A DNA stretch of 64,000 nucleotides from Vicinamibacteria bacterium. Lineage in GTDB: Bacteria; Acidobacteriota; Vicinamibacteria; Fen-336; CBDFGD01. Location: the NCBI GenBank assembly GCA_965246965.1, contig CBDFGD010000001.1, positions 218,631 through 282,630 on the forward strand, written 5' to 3'. The translations under genes and the position numbers were made by a program. The notes beneath the pieces were generated by a model, which did not search any database, was not told the DNA's origin, and saw only the letters and a list, made by a program, of their open reading frames with translations. Shown piece after piece: positions 8,629 through 18,758 of this stretch (within the stretch, counting starts at the first letter, position 1; each line of letters starts with the position of its first letter).

Positions 8629-9491
8629 CTACTCAGCCGCTTTCATGGCACGCGCATAGTCGGCGAGGCGACGAGCCATAGTCGCGGCGGGATCGTCGGG
8701 AGCCAGGCGCATCGCCTCCTCGAACTTGGAGATGGCCAGGTCGAATTCCCGGTCTCGAATCTGGGCCTGCCCCTCTGCGACGAGTCCCATCGCCCGCGGA
8801 TCGCCGATGCCGACCTCGAAGAAATGGGTCACGCTGACGACTCCGGGCAGCGATGAGGCCAGCGCCACGGCGCCGTCCCCGTCCTCACGGGCTCTTATCT
8901 CGCCGGTCAGGGTGACCACCCCGGCCTCGACGCTCACCCGGAAGACGTTGCCATTCACGGACGCGGACTCGGCGAGAGCCGCCTCGACTCCCGCACGGAT
9001 CTGCTGGTCATCTGGGCCGCGCTCACGACCGAGGAAGAAAGCGCCCAGCATGAGCGCGATCGCCAGAATCCCTCCACCCACGTAGAAGGACCGTGGAAGC
9101 TGCCCGGCACCTGGCGCCGGCGTTCGGGGCGCACTCGGCGGGTGCGAGCGTACACCTGGGGGTTGCGACCGTACGCCGGGGGGCCGCGAGCGCACGCCGG
9201 GAGGTTGCGAGCGGACGCCGGGGGGTCGCGAGCGTACGCCGGGCGGTTGCAGGCGTACGCCGGGCGGGCCCGTACTCGACGGTCGGCGAGGCGTCGCTCT
9301 GGCCGGACCCGGTGGGGCATCTGGCTTCTCCGCCGATGGCGCGGCCTCGTCCGCTCCGATATCGGCTTTCTCGCCCGCGGGAGAACCCTCCCCGGCCAGC
9401 CCTTGTGGGGCGAGGGTCTCCGGCATCTCGGCGAGCAGAGCCAGGACTTTGGCGAATTCGTCGGCCGATGCGAACCGTCGATTCGGATCCT
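8629..9491 (-). pseudogene. C-terminal portion of Ser/Thr kinase gene (heptad-repeat linker, TM helix, BON domain, TPR-like tail) separated from its N-terminus by IS1595 insertion
   Basis: begins ..DPNRRFASADEFAKVL (kinase C-lobe end) in frame with kinase at 10593..11492 across an 8-bp TSD; BON motif NVFRVSVEAGVVTLTGEIRAREDGDGAVALASSLPGVVSV. Confidence 0.65.
9141..9266 (-). repeat. 21-bp tandem repeat x6 encoding PPGVRS(R/Q/H) heptapeptides
   Basis: near-identical 21-nt units (..ggttgcgagcgtacgccgggg..) within the kinase C-terminal linker. Confidence 0.6.
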
Positions 9492-10592
9492 CGGGGGTAT
9501 CCATTTAACCGGTGTAAACTGAGCCGGTGGATCAGCCTCGTGCTGGCACGCACTATCCGCGGTCCGTGGGCGAGTTCCAGGCCTGGTTCCGGACCGATGC
9601 GGACTGCCTGGAGTGGCTGCGGTGGCCCGCCAGCTTCGCCTGCTTGGACTGCGGCCATGATGGGGGCTGGCGGCTGGGCGACGGTCGCTTCATGTGCTCA
9701 GGGTGCGGCGGCCGTACGTCGGTGACAGCGGGCACGATCTTTGACCGGACGCGCACGCCGCTAACGGTTTGGTTCACCGCCTGCTGGCTGTTCGCCACCG
9801 GCAAGGACGGGATCTCGGCGCTGAGCCTGAAGCGGACGCTGGAGATCGGCTCCTACCAGACCGCGTGGGCGATGCTCCATCGGCTGAGGTCGGTGCTGGT
9901 GCGCCCGGGCCGGGACCGGCTGGCCGGGATGGTACAGGTAGATGAGACCTACATCGGCGGTGAGGAGGCGGGGCTGCGCGGCGGCCGGGCCAAAGGCAAG
10001 AAGGTTTTGACCGGGATCGCGGTGGAGGTCCGGGAGCCGAGAGGATTCGGACGGTGCCGGATGCTGCCGCTGACCGATGCGTCGGCCGCCTCGTTGCACG
10101 CCTTTGTAACGGCTCACGTCGAGCCGGGCGCGAGGATCGTCACCGACGGCTGGCAGGGCTACCGCGGGCTGGAGAAGCTCGGCTACGTCCACGACCGGCG
10201 CAGCCAGCGGGCCGCCCGAACCCGCGGGGAGGATCCCGGCGAGCTACTGCCCGCAGTGCACCGGGTCGCCTCGCTAGCCAAGCGGTGGTTGCTGGGTACC
10301 CACCAGGGCTCGGTGAACGACGCGCACCTGGCCAGCTACCTGAATGAGTTCGCGTTCCGCTTCAACCGCCGCACCTCCCGCAGCCGCGGGATGGTGTTCT
10401 ACCGAGTGCTCGAGCTCGCCGTCGCCCACGACCCGGTGCGCTACCAGGACCTCATCGCCACCCAGCGGCCCCGGGCAGTGCCGCCCTCGCAGCCGCAGGC
10501 GCGCGGGCACCCGCCGAGCCTGGAGCGCTCTCCAGCGAACCGCCCGTGGAGAACTGCCAACCTGGACTCCTCCGGTTAAATGGAGACCCCCA
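9492..10592 (+). mobile_element. IS1595-family (ISXO2-like) insertion sequence, 1101 bp, 21-bp IRs, 8-bp TSD CGGATCCT
   Basis: left end CGGGGGTATCCATTTAACCGG, right end reverse complement TGGGGGTCTCCATTTAACCGG; direct repeat cggatcct at 9484..9491 and 10593..10600. Confidence 0.85.
9527..10579 (+). CDS. ISXO2-like (IS1595 family) DDE transposase
   Basis: 350 aa with N-terminal zinc-finger CLDCGHDGGWRLGDGRFMCSGCGG and FTACWLFATGKDGISALSLKRTLEIGSYQTAW. Confidence 0.85.
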   Translation: MDQPRAGTHYPRSVGEFQAWFRTDADCLEWLRWPASFACLDCGHDGGWRLGDGRFMCSGCGGRTSVTAGTIFDRTRTPLTVWFTACWLFATGKDGISALSLKRTLEIGSYQTAWAMLHRLRSVLVRPGRDRLAGMVQVDETYIGGEEAGLRGGRAKGKKVLTGIAVEVREPRGFGRCRMLPLTDASAASLHAFVTAHVEPGARIVTDGWQGYRGLEKLGYVHDRRSQRAARTRGEDPGELLPAVHRVASLAKRWLLGTHQGSVNDAHLASYLNEFAFRFNRRTSRSRGMVFYRVLELAVAHDPVRYQDLIATQRPRAVPPSQPQARGHPPSLERSPANRPWRTANLDSSG

Positions 10593-11492
10593 CGGATCCT
10601 TATGGAGCGCCTTCATGAGGACGTCCGACACTTGCGAAGGAATGCGCAGCTCGGGCCGGGAGCGATGGGGTGCTGGGGGTACGGTCTGGATGTGATCGAA
10701 GAGCATCTCCATGGGCGTCTCCGAGACGAACGGCGCCTCGCCGGTCAGTAGCTCGTACAGCACGACCCCGAGGGAGTAGATGTCCGAGCGGCCGTCGAGA
10801 TCGTCGCCCCGCCTACCCTGCGCCTGCTCGGGCGACATGTACTGAGGCGTACCGATCAGCACGCCCGTCCCGGTGGCGGTGTATCCCTGGCCCCCTGCGA
10901 GCGTCCCCTCCTTGACCTTGGCGATTCCGAAATCGAGAACCTTGACGACGTCGCTGCCATCGTCGGTCTTCACGAGCAGGACGTTGTCCGGCTTGATGTC
11001 GCGGTGCGTGATGCCCAGCTCGTGGGCCGCGGACAGGGCTCGCGCGATCTGCTCGGCGATGCGCAAGGCACGGCGCGCCGGCATCGGGCCCGTCTTCTTG
11101 AGGACATCGCGCAGCGCGCTTCCCTCGACGCATTCCATGACGATGAACGGCCGCCCGTCCTCCGTCGTGTCCAGGTCGTCGACCCGCACAGCGTTCGGGT
11201 GCTTGAGCTTGCGCGTGACGACCGCCTCCTGCTTGAAGCGCTTGAGGAAGCTCTCATCGTCGGCGAGCTTGGCGCTGACGACTTTGATCGCGCGCTCCTC
11301 ACCGAAGGCGAGATGCTTGGCGCGATAGACGGCGGCCATCCCGCCGGACCCGATGCGCTCCAGAATCTCGTACTTCTCCCGAAGGATCATCCCCGGTAGC
11401 AGTTCGTTGGCGCTACGCAGCTCGCCCTGACACTTTGGGCAAGTCGTGAAGTCTCTCGGGAACGTCGAGTGACAGGAATCGCAGTACTTCAT
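10593..11492 (-). pseudogene. N-terminal portion of Hanks-type Ser/Thr kinase (zinc-ribbon + kinase domain) interrupted by IS1595
   Basis: MKYCDSCHSTFPRDFTTCPKCQ, GSGGMAAVYRA..AIK, HRDIKPDNVLL, DFGIAK, TPQYMSPEQ; frame runs into IS end after ..KALHKDP. Confidence 0.75.
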
Positions 11493-11615
11493 AGGCGGGC
11501 CCAGGGATTGTAGCGTGCGCACTGGTGCAGTCCCGTCTGCAAGCGCCGCGAAATTTCCTCTGGGCGGTCGCAGTTTCTCGAGCAATCGATCCGGACGCCC
11601 TCGAGAGCACGCTTA

Positions 11616-11936
11616 TTGATTCAACGCCCTCGAGGTGAACTCCATCTGGTCGGCCTCTCGATCTCCGGTTGGGCGTCTGCAGCGGCCGCCGCGACGGCCC
11701 GAACGGGTGACAGCGTCATGGTCGTTCCCGACGAGATCATCGACGATGATCTGTACGCATTCGGGTGGACCATCGAGACTCAGGGACGCGTCAACGGCGA
11801 CGTGTTTGCCTTCGGCAACCGCGTCGTTGTCGGCGGAACCGTAACGGCGTCGGCGTGCCGCTGGCCCTCAGCGCCATCGTGTTCGGTCTCGGAGGGCTCG
11901 CTGGCGAGCTGGTTCGCGCCCGGAAATCTCTGGTGA
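11616..11936 (+). CDS. bactofilin-like (polymer-forming cytoskeletal) fragment
   Basis: DDDLYAFGWTIETQGRVNGDVFAFGNRVVVGGTV resembles bactofilin beta-helix repeats; short and C-terminally odd. Confidence 0.3.
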   Translation: MIQRPRGELHLVGLSISGWASAAAAATARTGDSVMVVPDEIIDDDLYAFGWTIETQGRVNGDVFAFGNRVVVGGTVTASACRWPSAPSCSVSEGSLASWFAPGNLW

Positions 11937-11964
11937 CGTAGCTCGACACCGAGGCAGCGCTGGA

Positions 11965-12725
11965 TCAGCCCCCCGGCGGCGAACGGGCGAAGTAGTAGTT
12001 GAACGGGTCTCGTTCGGAGTATTGCTCAAGCCGCCTGTAGCCGTGCGCAGAAAAGTACTCCATCAGACTCTCACGCACGCCGACATGCGCTTCGACGCAG
12101 GCGAGCTCCGGCTTGAAGCGATCGATATCGAAGCCGGCGAGTGCGAGAGGTTCCGCGTCCTCGATGTCCATCGTGAGCAGGTCTATTCTCTCTACGTCGT
12201 TCTGGTCGAGCAGGTCGGTGAGGGTGATCGTGGGAATCTGGATCTCCTCGTACTGGACGTCGCCCATCGGTCCCCTGCCTCCCTTGAGCGACGATATGCC
12301 TCGCAGATCCCGCCGCACGGTGCGGTGGAAGGTCTCCAGCCCCCCGAATAGTCGGTCACGATGAAGTTGAAGAATCGGCTCTTGCGCTGGCGCTTGAGCC
12401 AACGCTCCGCATACTCTGGCAGTGCGTCGACGCCAATGCCCGTCCACTTGAGCCGGCTCTCGAGGTAGTACGTATTGCTGTCCCGGACGGGCCACGCGCA
12501 CCCGACATCCAGAAAGAAGCCTTCCCGACGATCGCGGAAGAAGTGTCTGATGATGAGCTCTTCGCCGTGCTGGGAGTAGTGGTTCTCCTGGGCCAGATAG
12601 TCGATCGAGGAGTCGGTGTTCCCCGCATTGCCCGCCTGCGCATGCTCGGTGGGGCCGCGGCTACAACCGAGCATCAGCAAGGGGGCGCAAGCCACGGCGA
12701 GGCGCCACACCAACCTCCTGCCAAC
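11965..12725 (-). pseudogene. FkbM-family SAM methyltransferase lipoprotein, frameshifted at a G7/C7 homopolymer (~12343-12349)
   Basis: N-part (frame of 12192..12986) has lipobox LLMLGCS and GFFLDVGCAW; C-part (frame of 11965..12501) has IDLLTMDIEDAE. Confidence 0.55.
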
Positions 12726-13164
12726 GGTCGAGTGAAGCGTCGACGTGCCACCTCTCGGGCCTCGAGCGTGTGGCGAGCTTCGCCGGCACGGCGCAGGGCG
12801 GGACTTTCTTCGCATCTCCTCGAAGGATGCAGGATCGGGCATCCGGCAGCCACTTCGGAGTGACTTACCTCGGCCAACGCCGCCGGGCCTGGTGCGTTCC
12901 GACCGATATACTTCGCCCAGCCCGCCCTTCCCGAGTGGGACGACGATCTCGAGTATGCCACGGCGGGTTCCGGCGGGGAGCGGCATGAGCTGTCCTGCTT
13001 GAGGTGGTGAGATTGTACCGGGGAAAGCTGGTCAGCTGGTTGACCGAGCGACGCTCATCCCGAACATCCGTTTCTCGGACCACACCTGGGCCACTGTAAG
13101 TCGTGGCAGGGATGGCGGCGTGAGACGGAATTGAACCGCCGACACGCCGACTTCTCGCAGCGCT

Positions 13165-15645
13165 TCAGCGCAGCCTTTTCGCGATTCCTCTCACCGTCTC
13201 GCCCAGCGCGGCCCGCCGCATCCGCGCGATGTCGCCTGAGCCCTCTTCTTCGAGCGCCGCCGCCAGCGATTCCAGACCGACGGCCAGATCTTCGTCGCGC
13301 GCGCCGTCCTCGAGTTGCGCTGCCGAGCGGTCGAGCGCTTCGGCCAGGCTGACCGCGAGCGCCTCTGAGAGTTCCTCGCCCCGCGCGAGCTGATCCAGGT
13401 ACGCCCGGGCCACGACCGGCTCGGCCGGCCAGCGGACACGGAACTGCTGCTGCGGGTTGAACAGGCCGCCCTGGTCGGCCACGGCCGCCGCGGCGACTTC
13501 GTGCTCTGACAGGTGTTCACTGGGCACGAGCGCAAGCACATCCAGCCCGCGCGCGATCTCGGTTCCGTAGATCCGGCCGTCGTACCAGTAGGTCGACCAG
13601 TACCCGCCGAGGATCAGAGCCTCGGTATCGATGGGCCCGCGGTCGAAGTACGCGATCTCGACCGGGGTGGCCGAGTCGGTGAAGTCGACCACCGAGAGGC
13701 CGCCCTGGTACCAGGCCTGGACGAAGATGTCGCGGCCCGGTACGGGCACGATGGAGCCGTTGTGCGCCACGCAGTTTTCCTCCTCCAACTGCGGTGCGGG
13801 CATCTTGTAGTGGGCGCGGAACTCGAGCTTGCCGTCGACGATGTCGTAGATCGCGTCGGCGCCCCATTCGAGCGGGTCGTAGGCGCGGCAGCGCGGCCGG
13901 CTTCCGCCGCCCCACTCGTCGGTGAAGATGACCTTCGTGCCGTCGTTGTTGAACGTCGCCGAGTGCCAGTAGGCAAAGCCCTTGTCGACGACCGCGTCGA
14001 TGCGCTTCGGGTTCAGCGGATCGGAGATGTCGAACAGGATGCCGTTGCCCGAGCACGCGCCGGCGGCGATAGCGCGCTCGGGGAACACGGTGATGTCGTG
14101 GCATTGATCGGTCCGGCTGGTCTCCTGCGTGTCGTCGCCGTGGTCGCCGCCCTTCCACAGCCCTGCCAGAACGCCCAGCTCCGGATCGGCGAACACCGCC
14201 GGGCTATCGACGATGCGCGCCTCGGCCGGCTTGTCGACCGGGATCTCGATGACGTCGATGCGAAACAACGCGGTGCGCTCGTCGCCGGGGGACTCGTCGA
14301 TGCAGCCTGGCAGCTCTTCTTCGTCGCGGACGGAGCTGGTTCCGGAGTTGTAGACGATGATCTTGCCGTCCTCGCCCCTGCCGTCCATATGGGGCCCGGA
14401 GACTACCGAGTGCGTGTGCGAGCCGCGGCACGTCTGGACCGCGCCGACCTGCACCGGCCGAGCCAGGTCGCTGATATCGATGATGCGAAGCCCCCGGAAC
14501 CGCTCGGCGCTGACGTCTTCGCTCACGCCCTCGAGCCCGCAGTCGAGCCGCCCGCGGGTCTGCTCCACCGACATGATCAGCAGGTCGCCGACGATCGAGA
14601 CATCGCCCTGGCCGCCCGGGCAGACCACGGAGCTGAGCAGCTCCGGCCGCCCGCCATTCTTCCCATCGGGGGCCAGCCGGTAGACGTTGAAGCCGTGGTA
14701 GTTGCCGACCACCAACACGTCGTCTGCAAAGGCCATGTCGGTGTTGGCGAAGCTCAGCAGCGGCGAGCGCCCGTCCTCGTCGTCGTCCTCTTTTTCGGGA
14801 TCCCCGTCGGCCGGTTCGTCTTTGGCGGCGTCCTTCTGTAGGCGCTTCGGCAGCAGCCCTGCCGGGTTCTGCGGGTCGAAGAACCCCGCCGGTTTGGGCA
14901 GCGAGGTAACCAGCTCCAAGTTCAGCAAGGCCTGGCCGGCGTCATCGAAACCGGCGGCCAACGCCGCGCGCGGATCGGCGGAGAGCCTGACCAGGAGCGC
15001 GTTCATGCGCTCGATCTCGGCGTTCTGGCCGTTGGTGATTTCCGTGGTGAACTCGAACAACACCGGATCGTAGGCCGAGCCCGGCTGTTCGAGCAGCTCC
15101 TCGACCATCTTCACCGCGCCCTCATGGTGGGGGATCATCAGCTTCAGGAACAGCCGGTCGAACGCCGTGCCTTCCGATGCCGCGAGCTCGGCCATCTGCT
15201 CCGGCGTGGCCATGCCGGCCATCTTGTGGCTGGTGTGCATCGCCTCGTGCGCCGTAGGGTCCGGCCCGCGCTCGCCGCGCTCGCGCAGCCAGTTCTGCAT
15301 GAACTCGATCTCGTCTCCCTGGGAGGCGTCGATGCGCCCGGCCACGTCGATCAGCTCGGGTCGGTTCGTGCGGTTGGCCACCAGTGCGCCCATCTCCATG
15401 GCTTGGTGATGGTGCGGGATCATGTCCTGCATGAACAGCGCGTCGGCCGGCGAGTAGCTCGTATCGGCAATCTCGATCGCCTCGTCGGCACTGAGCTCCC
15501 GCGCCGGCTCACCCGGCGCCCCCGGCTGGATGATGGGAACTTGAGCCAGGCAGGGGGCCACGCCGGCGGCCGCGAGGCTGACCAGAAACGCGCCCAGGCA
15601 GGCGGACCGAAGCTGCCGAAGGAGCGAATCAAGAATTGAGGTCAT
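13165..15645 (-). CDS. secreted DUF305 (ferritin-like, copper-associated) domain fused to LVIVD/beta-propeller repeat domain
   Basis: signal peptide; two MIPHH(H/E) motifs typical of DUF305; then >500 aa of beta-propeller-like repeats; 826 aa. Confidence 0.6.
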   Translation of the reverse strand: MTSILDSLLRQLRSACLGAFLVSLAAAGVAPCLAQVPIIQPGAPGEPARELSADEAIEIADTSYSPADALFMQDMIPHHHQAMEMGALVANRTNRPELIDVAGRIDASQGDEIEFMQNWLRERGERGPDPTAHEAMHTSHKMAGMATPEQMAELAASEGTAFDRLFLKLMIPHHEGAVKMVEELLEQPGSAYDPVLFEFTTEITNGQNAEIERMNALLVRLSADPRAALAAGFDDAGQALLNLELVTSLPKPAGFFDPQNPAGLLPKRLQKDAAKDEPADGDPEKEDDDEDGRSPLLSFANTDMAFADDVLVVGNYHGFNVYRLAPDGKNGGRPELLSSVVCPGGQGDVSIVGDLLIMSVEQTRGRLDCGLEGVSEDVSAERFRGLRIIDISDLARPVQVGAVQTCRGSHTHSVVSGPHMDGRGEDGKIIVYNSGTSSVRDEEELPGCIDESPGDERTALFRIDVIEIPVDKPAEARIVDSPAVFADPELGVLAGLWKGGDHGDDTQETSRTDQCHDITVFPERAIAAGACSGNGILFDISDPLNPKRIDAVVDKGFAYWHSATFNNDGTKVIFTDEWGGGSRPRCRAYDPLEWGADAIYDIVDGKLEFRAHYKMPAPQLEEENCVAHNGSIVPVPGRDIFVQAWYQGGLSVVDFTDSATPVEIAYFDRGPIDTEALILGGYWSTYWYDGRIYGTEIARGLDVLALVPSEHLSEHEVAAAAVADQGGLFNPQQQFRVRWPAEPVVARAYLDQLARGEELSEALAVSLAEALDRSAAQLEDGARDEDLAVGLESLAAALEEEGSGDIARMRRAALGETVRGIAKRLR

Positions 15646-15797
15646 GGTCGGGTTCCTGTTTCGAGATCGGAGATCGGGTGTTGCGGGCCCGTGAACCCTA
15701 TCGCGATCTACAAGAAGATGCTCCCGCGAGTGTGGCCTCGAGGCTCAACCGCTGACCCTTCATCTGTCATGACTGCGCGCAAGAAGTCGACGAGGCG

Positions 15798-16958
15798 CTA
15801 GGATTTACAACAGCAGGAGCCGCCCCCCCCAGAGCCCGACTCGTAGAACTTCAGGAACTCATCGGCGATGAGCTGGTGCCCTCCTTCGTTCCAGTGAACG
15901 TCTCCCGGGATGAAGTAGGCGTCGAGCACGGTATCTCCGCCGTCGCCCTTGATGAAGCAGGGAAAGTAGTTCAGGAAACGAACGTCCTTCTCCGCCGCCC
16001 AGCGCCGCCAGTACGACACCTGGATGGACTCGAGGTCGTTGCTGGCAATCTGGTCCGGCCATGGATACACGGCGAGTGTCAGTCGAATCCCCCTCGACCG
16101 AAGCATCTCTTACAACAGATTCATGTGGTAGGCGGCCGTTTCCAGGCCCTTCCGCCCGTAGGAGTCCATGAGTCTCCCCTCGACCGTCCAACGACTACGA
16201 TCGCCACGGCTGGCGACCTGGATGAACAAAAGATCGTGGCTCAGGTTCAGGACGAAGAACGTGAACATGAGCCGTTCGCGAATGAACGCCTTGAGTTGCG
16301 TGCTCCTGCTCTCGGGCTCGGCCCGCTCGGGCTCGGCCTGCTCGGCGCGCTCGACGGTATCCCGTTCGGTCAATCGGTAGTACTTCGCTTCGTCCTCGAT
16401 ATCGGAAATGTCCAGGTACACGATCAGTTCGTCGAGTTCGAGGCCGACGTCCTCGATCAGGTGCTTCACCTTCCGCCAATAGATGATCGGCGAGTAGGTA
16501 GATACGCCGGCGTTCAAGACCTCGATGCCCTTGCCGGCCAGTGCCTGCGCGATTCTGCCGACGAAGGTACTCTCGTATTCGACGCCGATTCCCTCAGTGA
16601 ACGAGTCACCGATGAAAACGATCCGAAGTCGCTCGCTTGACAAGGGCGTGAACTTGACCCTGTCGCTCTTGAAGCCGAGGGAATCCGAGTGGACCGTGTA
16701 GACCCTGTTTTCCCAGGTTTCACGATTCGATGAGTTCGGCCTCAGGTCGTGATGATAGACGCTCGATGCCTGCCGGTAGGCCGTGTTGTGATCGGTTTCG
16801 GTTGGCGGGGCATGCAACGGGCTCTTCTGGCTGCGCACCAAGCTCGTTGCGTACGTCGTGATCAAGTCGATTGTAATGAAGGCAAATGTCAACAGCGCCA
16901 GAAGCGTGAGACGCGGGTGCCGCTCGAAGACGGACTCGCTCGGTGACTCTCTAGACAT
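15798..16958 (-). pseudogene. membrane-anchored SGNH/GDSL hydrolase interrupted by in-frame TAA (16110-16112); lower GC than surroundings
   Basis: N-terminal TM, block I IVFIGDSFTEG in upstream ORF; block V GDVHWNEGGHQLIA (DxxH) in the downstream in-frame ORF; C8 homopolymer near 3' end. Confidence 0.55.
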
Positions 16959-17379
16959 CTCTCAGTTCACACTCGAACTCACCGCCGTGCAGGCTCGTGT
17001 CGTCACCCCCGATGGATTTTGGTCGCGTCGACGATGGGTAGCGGGTCCAGGCGCGCGCCGCCGGAAGATCAGGCCTACTACCGGGAAGATCAGCTCGCCT
17101 CCAGACGTACGAAGATCGGATGAGGTAGCCGAGTTCAAGCGTGAGGACGAATAGGATCTGCGTAGTTTCCAGGCTCAGGCCCGATCTCCCAGCTGAGAAA
17201 CCGTTGGCTACCGTTGGTTTCGATTGGTCTGAGGAAAGTCAAAGGAAAGCCGCCGTAGTCGGCTACTGACCCGCCTCGGCAGACTTCGCCTTGACTAGCT
17301 CGACGACGCCTGGCGCCCGGTGCGGGTGACGTGACGCGCCAGGGCACGCAAGTCAGCGGCGTAACCACGGACCTCCCGG

Positions 17380-17883
17380 TCATCGCCGGATCACGAACAA
17401 TGTCGAGCCCTGCGCCAACTGGCGCTCGGATTCCTGCGCATCACCGCGCTCCAAAGCGAGGTTCAGACGCAAGGGGACGAGATACGCCTCCGGCATTCGT
17501 CCAGCATCGACGAGCGTCTCGAATTTCTCGATGAGGCTCGACGCCTCGTCGAAGCGATTCAGCTCGATCAGGGCCAGCGACCTGTAGAACACAGCAACCG
17601 CCATCTCGGGCTCGATGGAGAGCAGGAAGTTCACGATCTCGAGGGTCTCGAGCGGCCTGCCCAGCTTATGGAGCACTGCGGCCGCATTGAGGTGGCTGTA
17701 CAGGTAGAAAGGTTCTATCTGCCGCACTTCCTCGTAGCCGGCAGCTCGAGCTCGCGGCCGTCGACCGACCGAACCCGAGGGCGCGGCAGCGTCGCCCGAC
17801 GTCCGCCCATAACCAGCGATCCGACCGTCGTTCCGTGGCGATGAGCTTTGCGATCCGTGTTCTGCTTGTAGCGTGGCCCGCAC
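17380..17883 (-). CDS. TPR-like fragment
   Basis: EPFYLYSHLNAAAVLHKLGRPLETLEIVNFLLSIEPEMAVAVFYRSLALIELNRFDEA; likely remnant. Confidence 0.3.
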   Translation of the reverse strand: MRATLQAEHGSQSSSPRNDGRIAGYGRTSGDAAAPSGSVGRRPRARAAGYEEVRQIEPFYLYSHLNAAAVLHKLGRPLETLEIVNFLLSIEPEMAVAVFYRSLALIELNRFDEASSLIEKFETLVDAGRMPEAYLVPLRLNLALERGDAQESERQLAQGSTLFVIRR

Positions 17884-18101
17884 AGCACCTCCTGCTGAGC
17901 ACGCAGCATCTCGATCGCCTGGATCGTTCCGCTCGCGATCACAGTCTCGAGTAGCGTCTGACGCATCAGTTCAGCCAGCGGCGACGCTAATTGACCAACA
18001 ACCTCTTGGGGGATGGCTCGTCTGCTGATAGCTTTCTTCATGGCGGCTTTCTCCTCTTTTGATCCAGCCCGATGATCCCATCGGGCCGGAGAGGCCGCCA
18101 C
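17715..18101 (-). pseudogene. IS256-family transposase N-terminal fragment (about first 110 aa)
   Basis: LLETVIASGTIQAIEMLRAQQEVLCGPRYKQNTDRKAHRHGTTVGSLVMGGRRATLPRPRVRSVDGRELELPA matches IS256 Tnp N-terminal region; truncated. Confidence 0.55.
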
Positions 18102-18443
18102 TCAACTTTCAACAGATTTCGGGACTACACCGTTCGCGAGGGCAGCATGTCGCAGCCCGAGGAGGGTGGGAATGAACGAGTTCATGCTCGCAGGGGAAGT
18201 CGCGAAGCTATTGAATCGAACCCCGGCGGCGGTAAGAGCGGCAGCGGACGCCGGACGGCTTGCGGTAGCGGAGACAACTGAAAGTAAAGCGGACCCGGTT
18301 TTCTTGGACACGAAACTAGGGAAAGTCATCTTGTTCAAGGAGACTCGATCGATGAAGCAGGTCAGGCGCAAGAGGTCTGAGAGGAAGAAGGGAGTGGGCG
18401 AGACGGAGGGAGGGCGACCGGAGTTTCGCCCACCGGCGGCGCG

Positions 18444-18758
18444 GTGGTGGGCGCCTTGGGTCCCGGGCAGCGTTGGAGCGTGGCGCGCAAGCGGGAGGTC
18501 GCACTGCGGCTGCTGCGCGGGGAGTCACTCGAAGCGCTGTCTCGTGAGCTGTCCGTGGAGATGCACCGGCTGCAGCGCTGGCGTGATCAAGCCATGGCCG
18601 GGATCGACGAGTCGCTGCGGGAGCGCAATGGCGACCCGCTGAAGGTGGAGCTGGACGCGGCGGTCAAGCGGGTGGGCGAGCTCAGCATGGAGAACGAGCT
18701 GTTGCGGAAGAAGATCGGGGCGGCCCGCCCTTTGGCCTTCGGGAGGTCGCGGCGATGA
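18444..18758 (+). CDS. IS3-like OrfA (HTH + leucine zipper), N-terminally truncated by frameshift in this copy
   Basis: identical to OrfA of other copies from MVGALGPGQRW onward; upstream ATG at 18352 is in a different frame. Confidence 0.7.
   Translation: MVGALGPGQRWSVARKREVALRLLRGESLEALSRELSVEMHRLQRWRDQAMAGIDESLRERNGDPLKVELDAAVKRVGELSMENELLRKKIGAARPLAFGRSRR

Noticed and set aside
9141-9266. Possible CRISPR-like regular repeats
   Set aside because: The units are contiguous 21-nt coding repeats (PPGVRSx heptads) with no spacers. There are no cas genes and no CRISPR array anywhere in the window.
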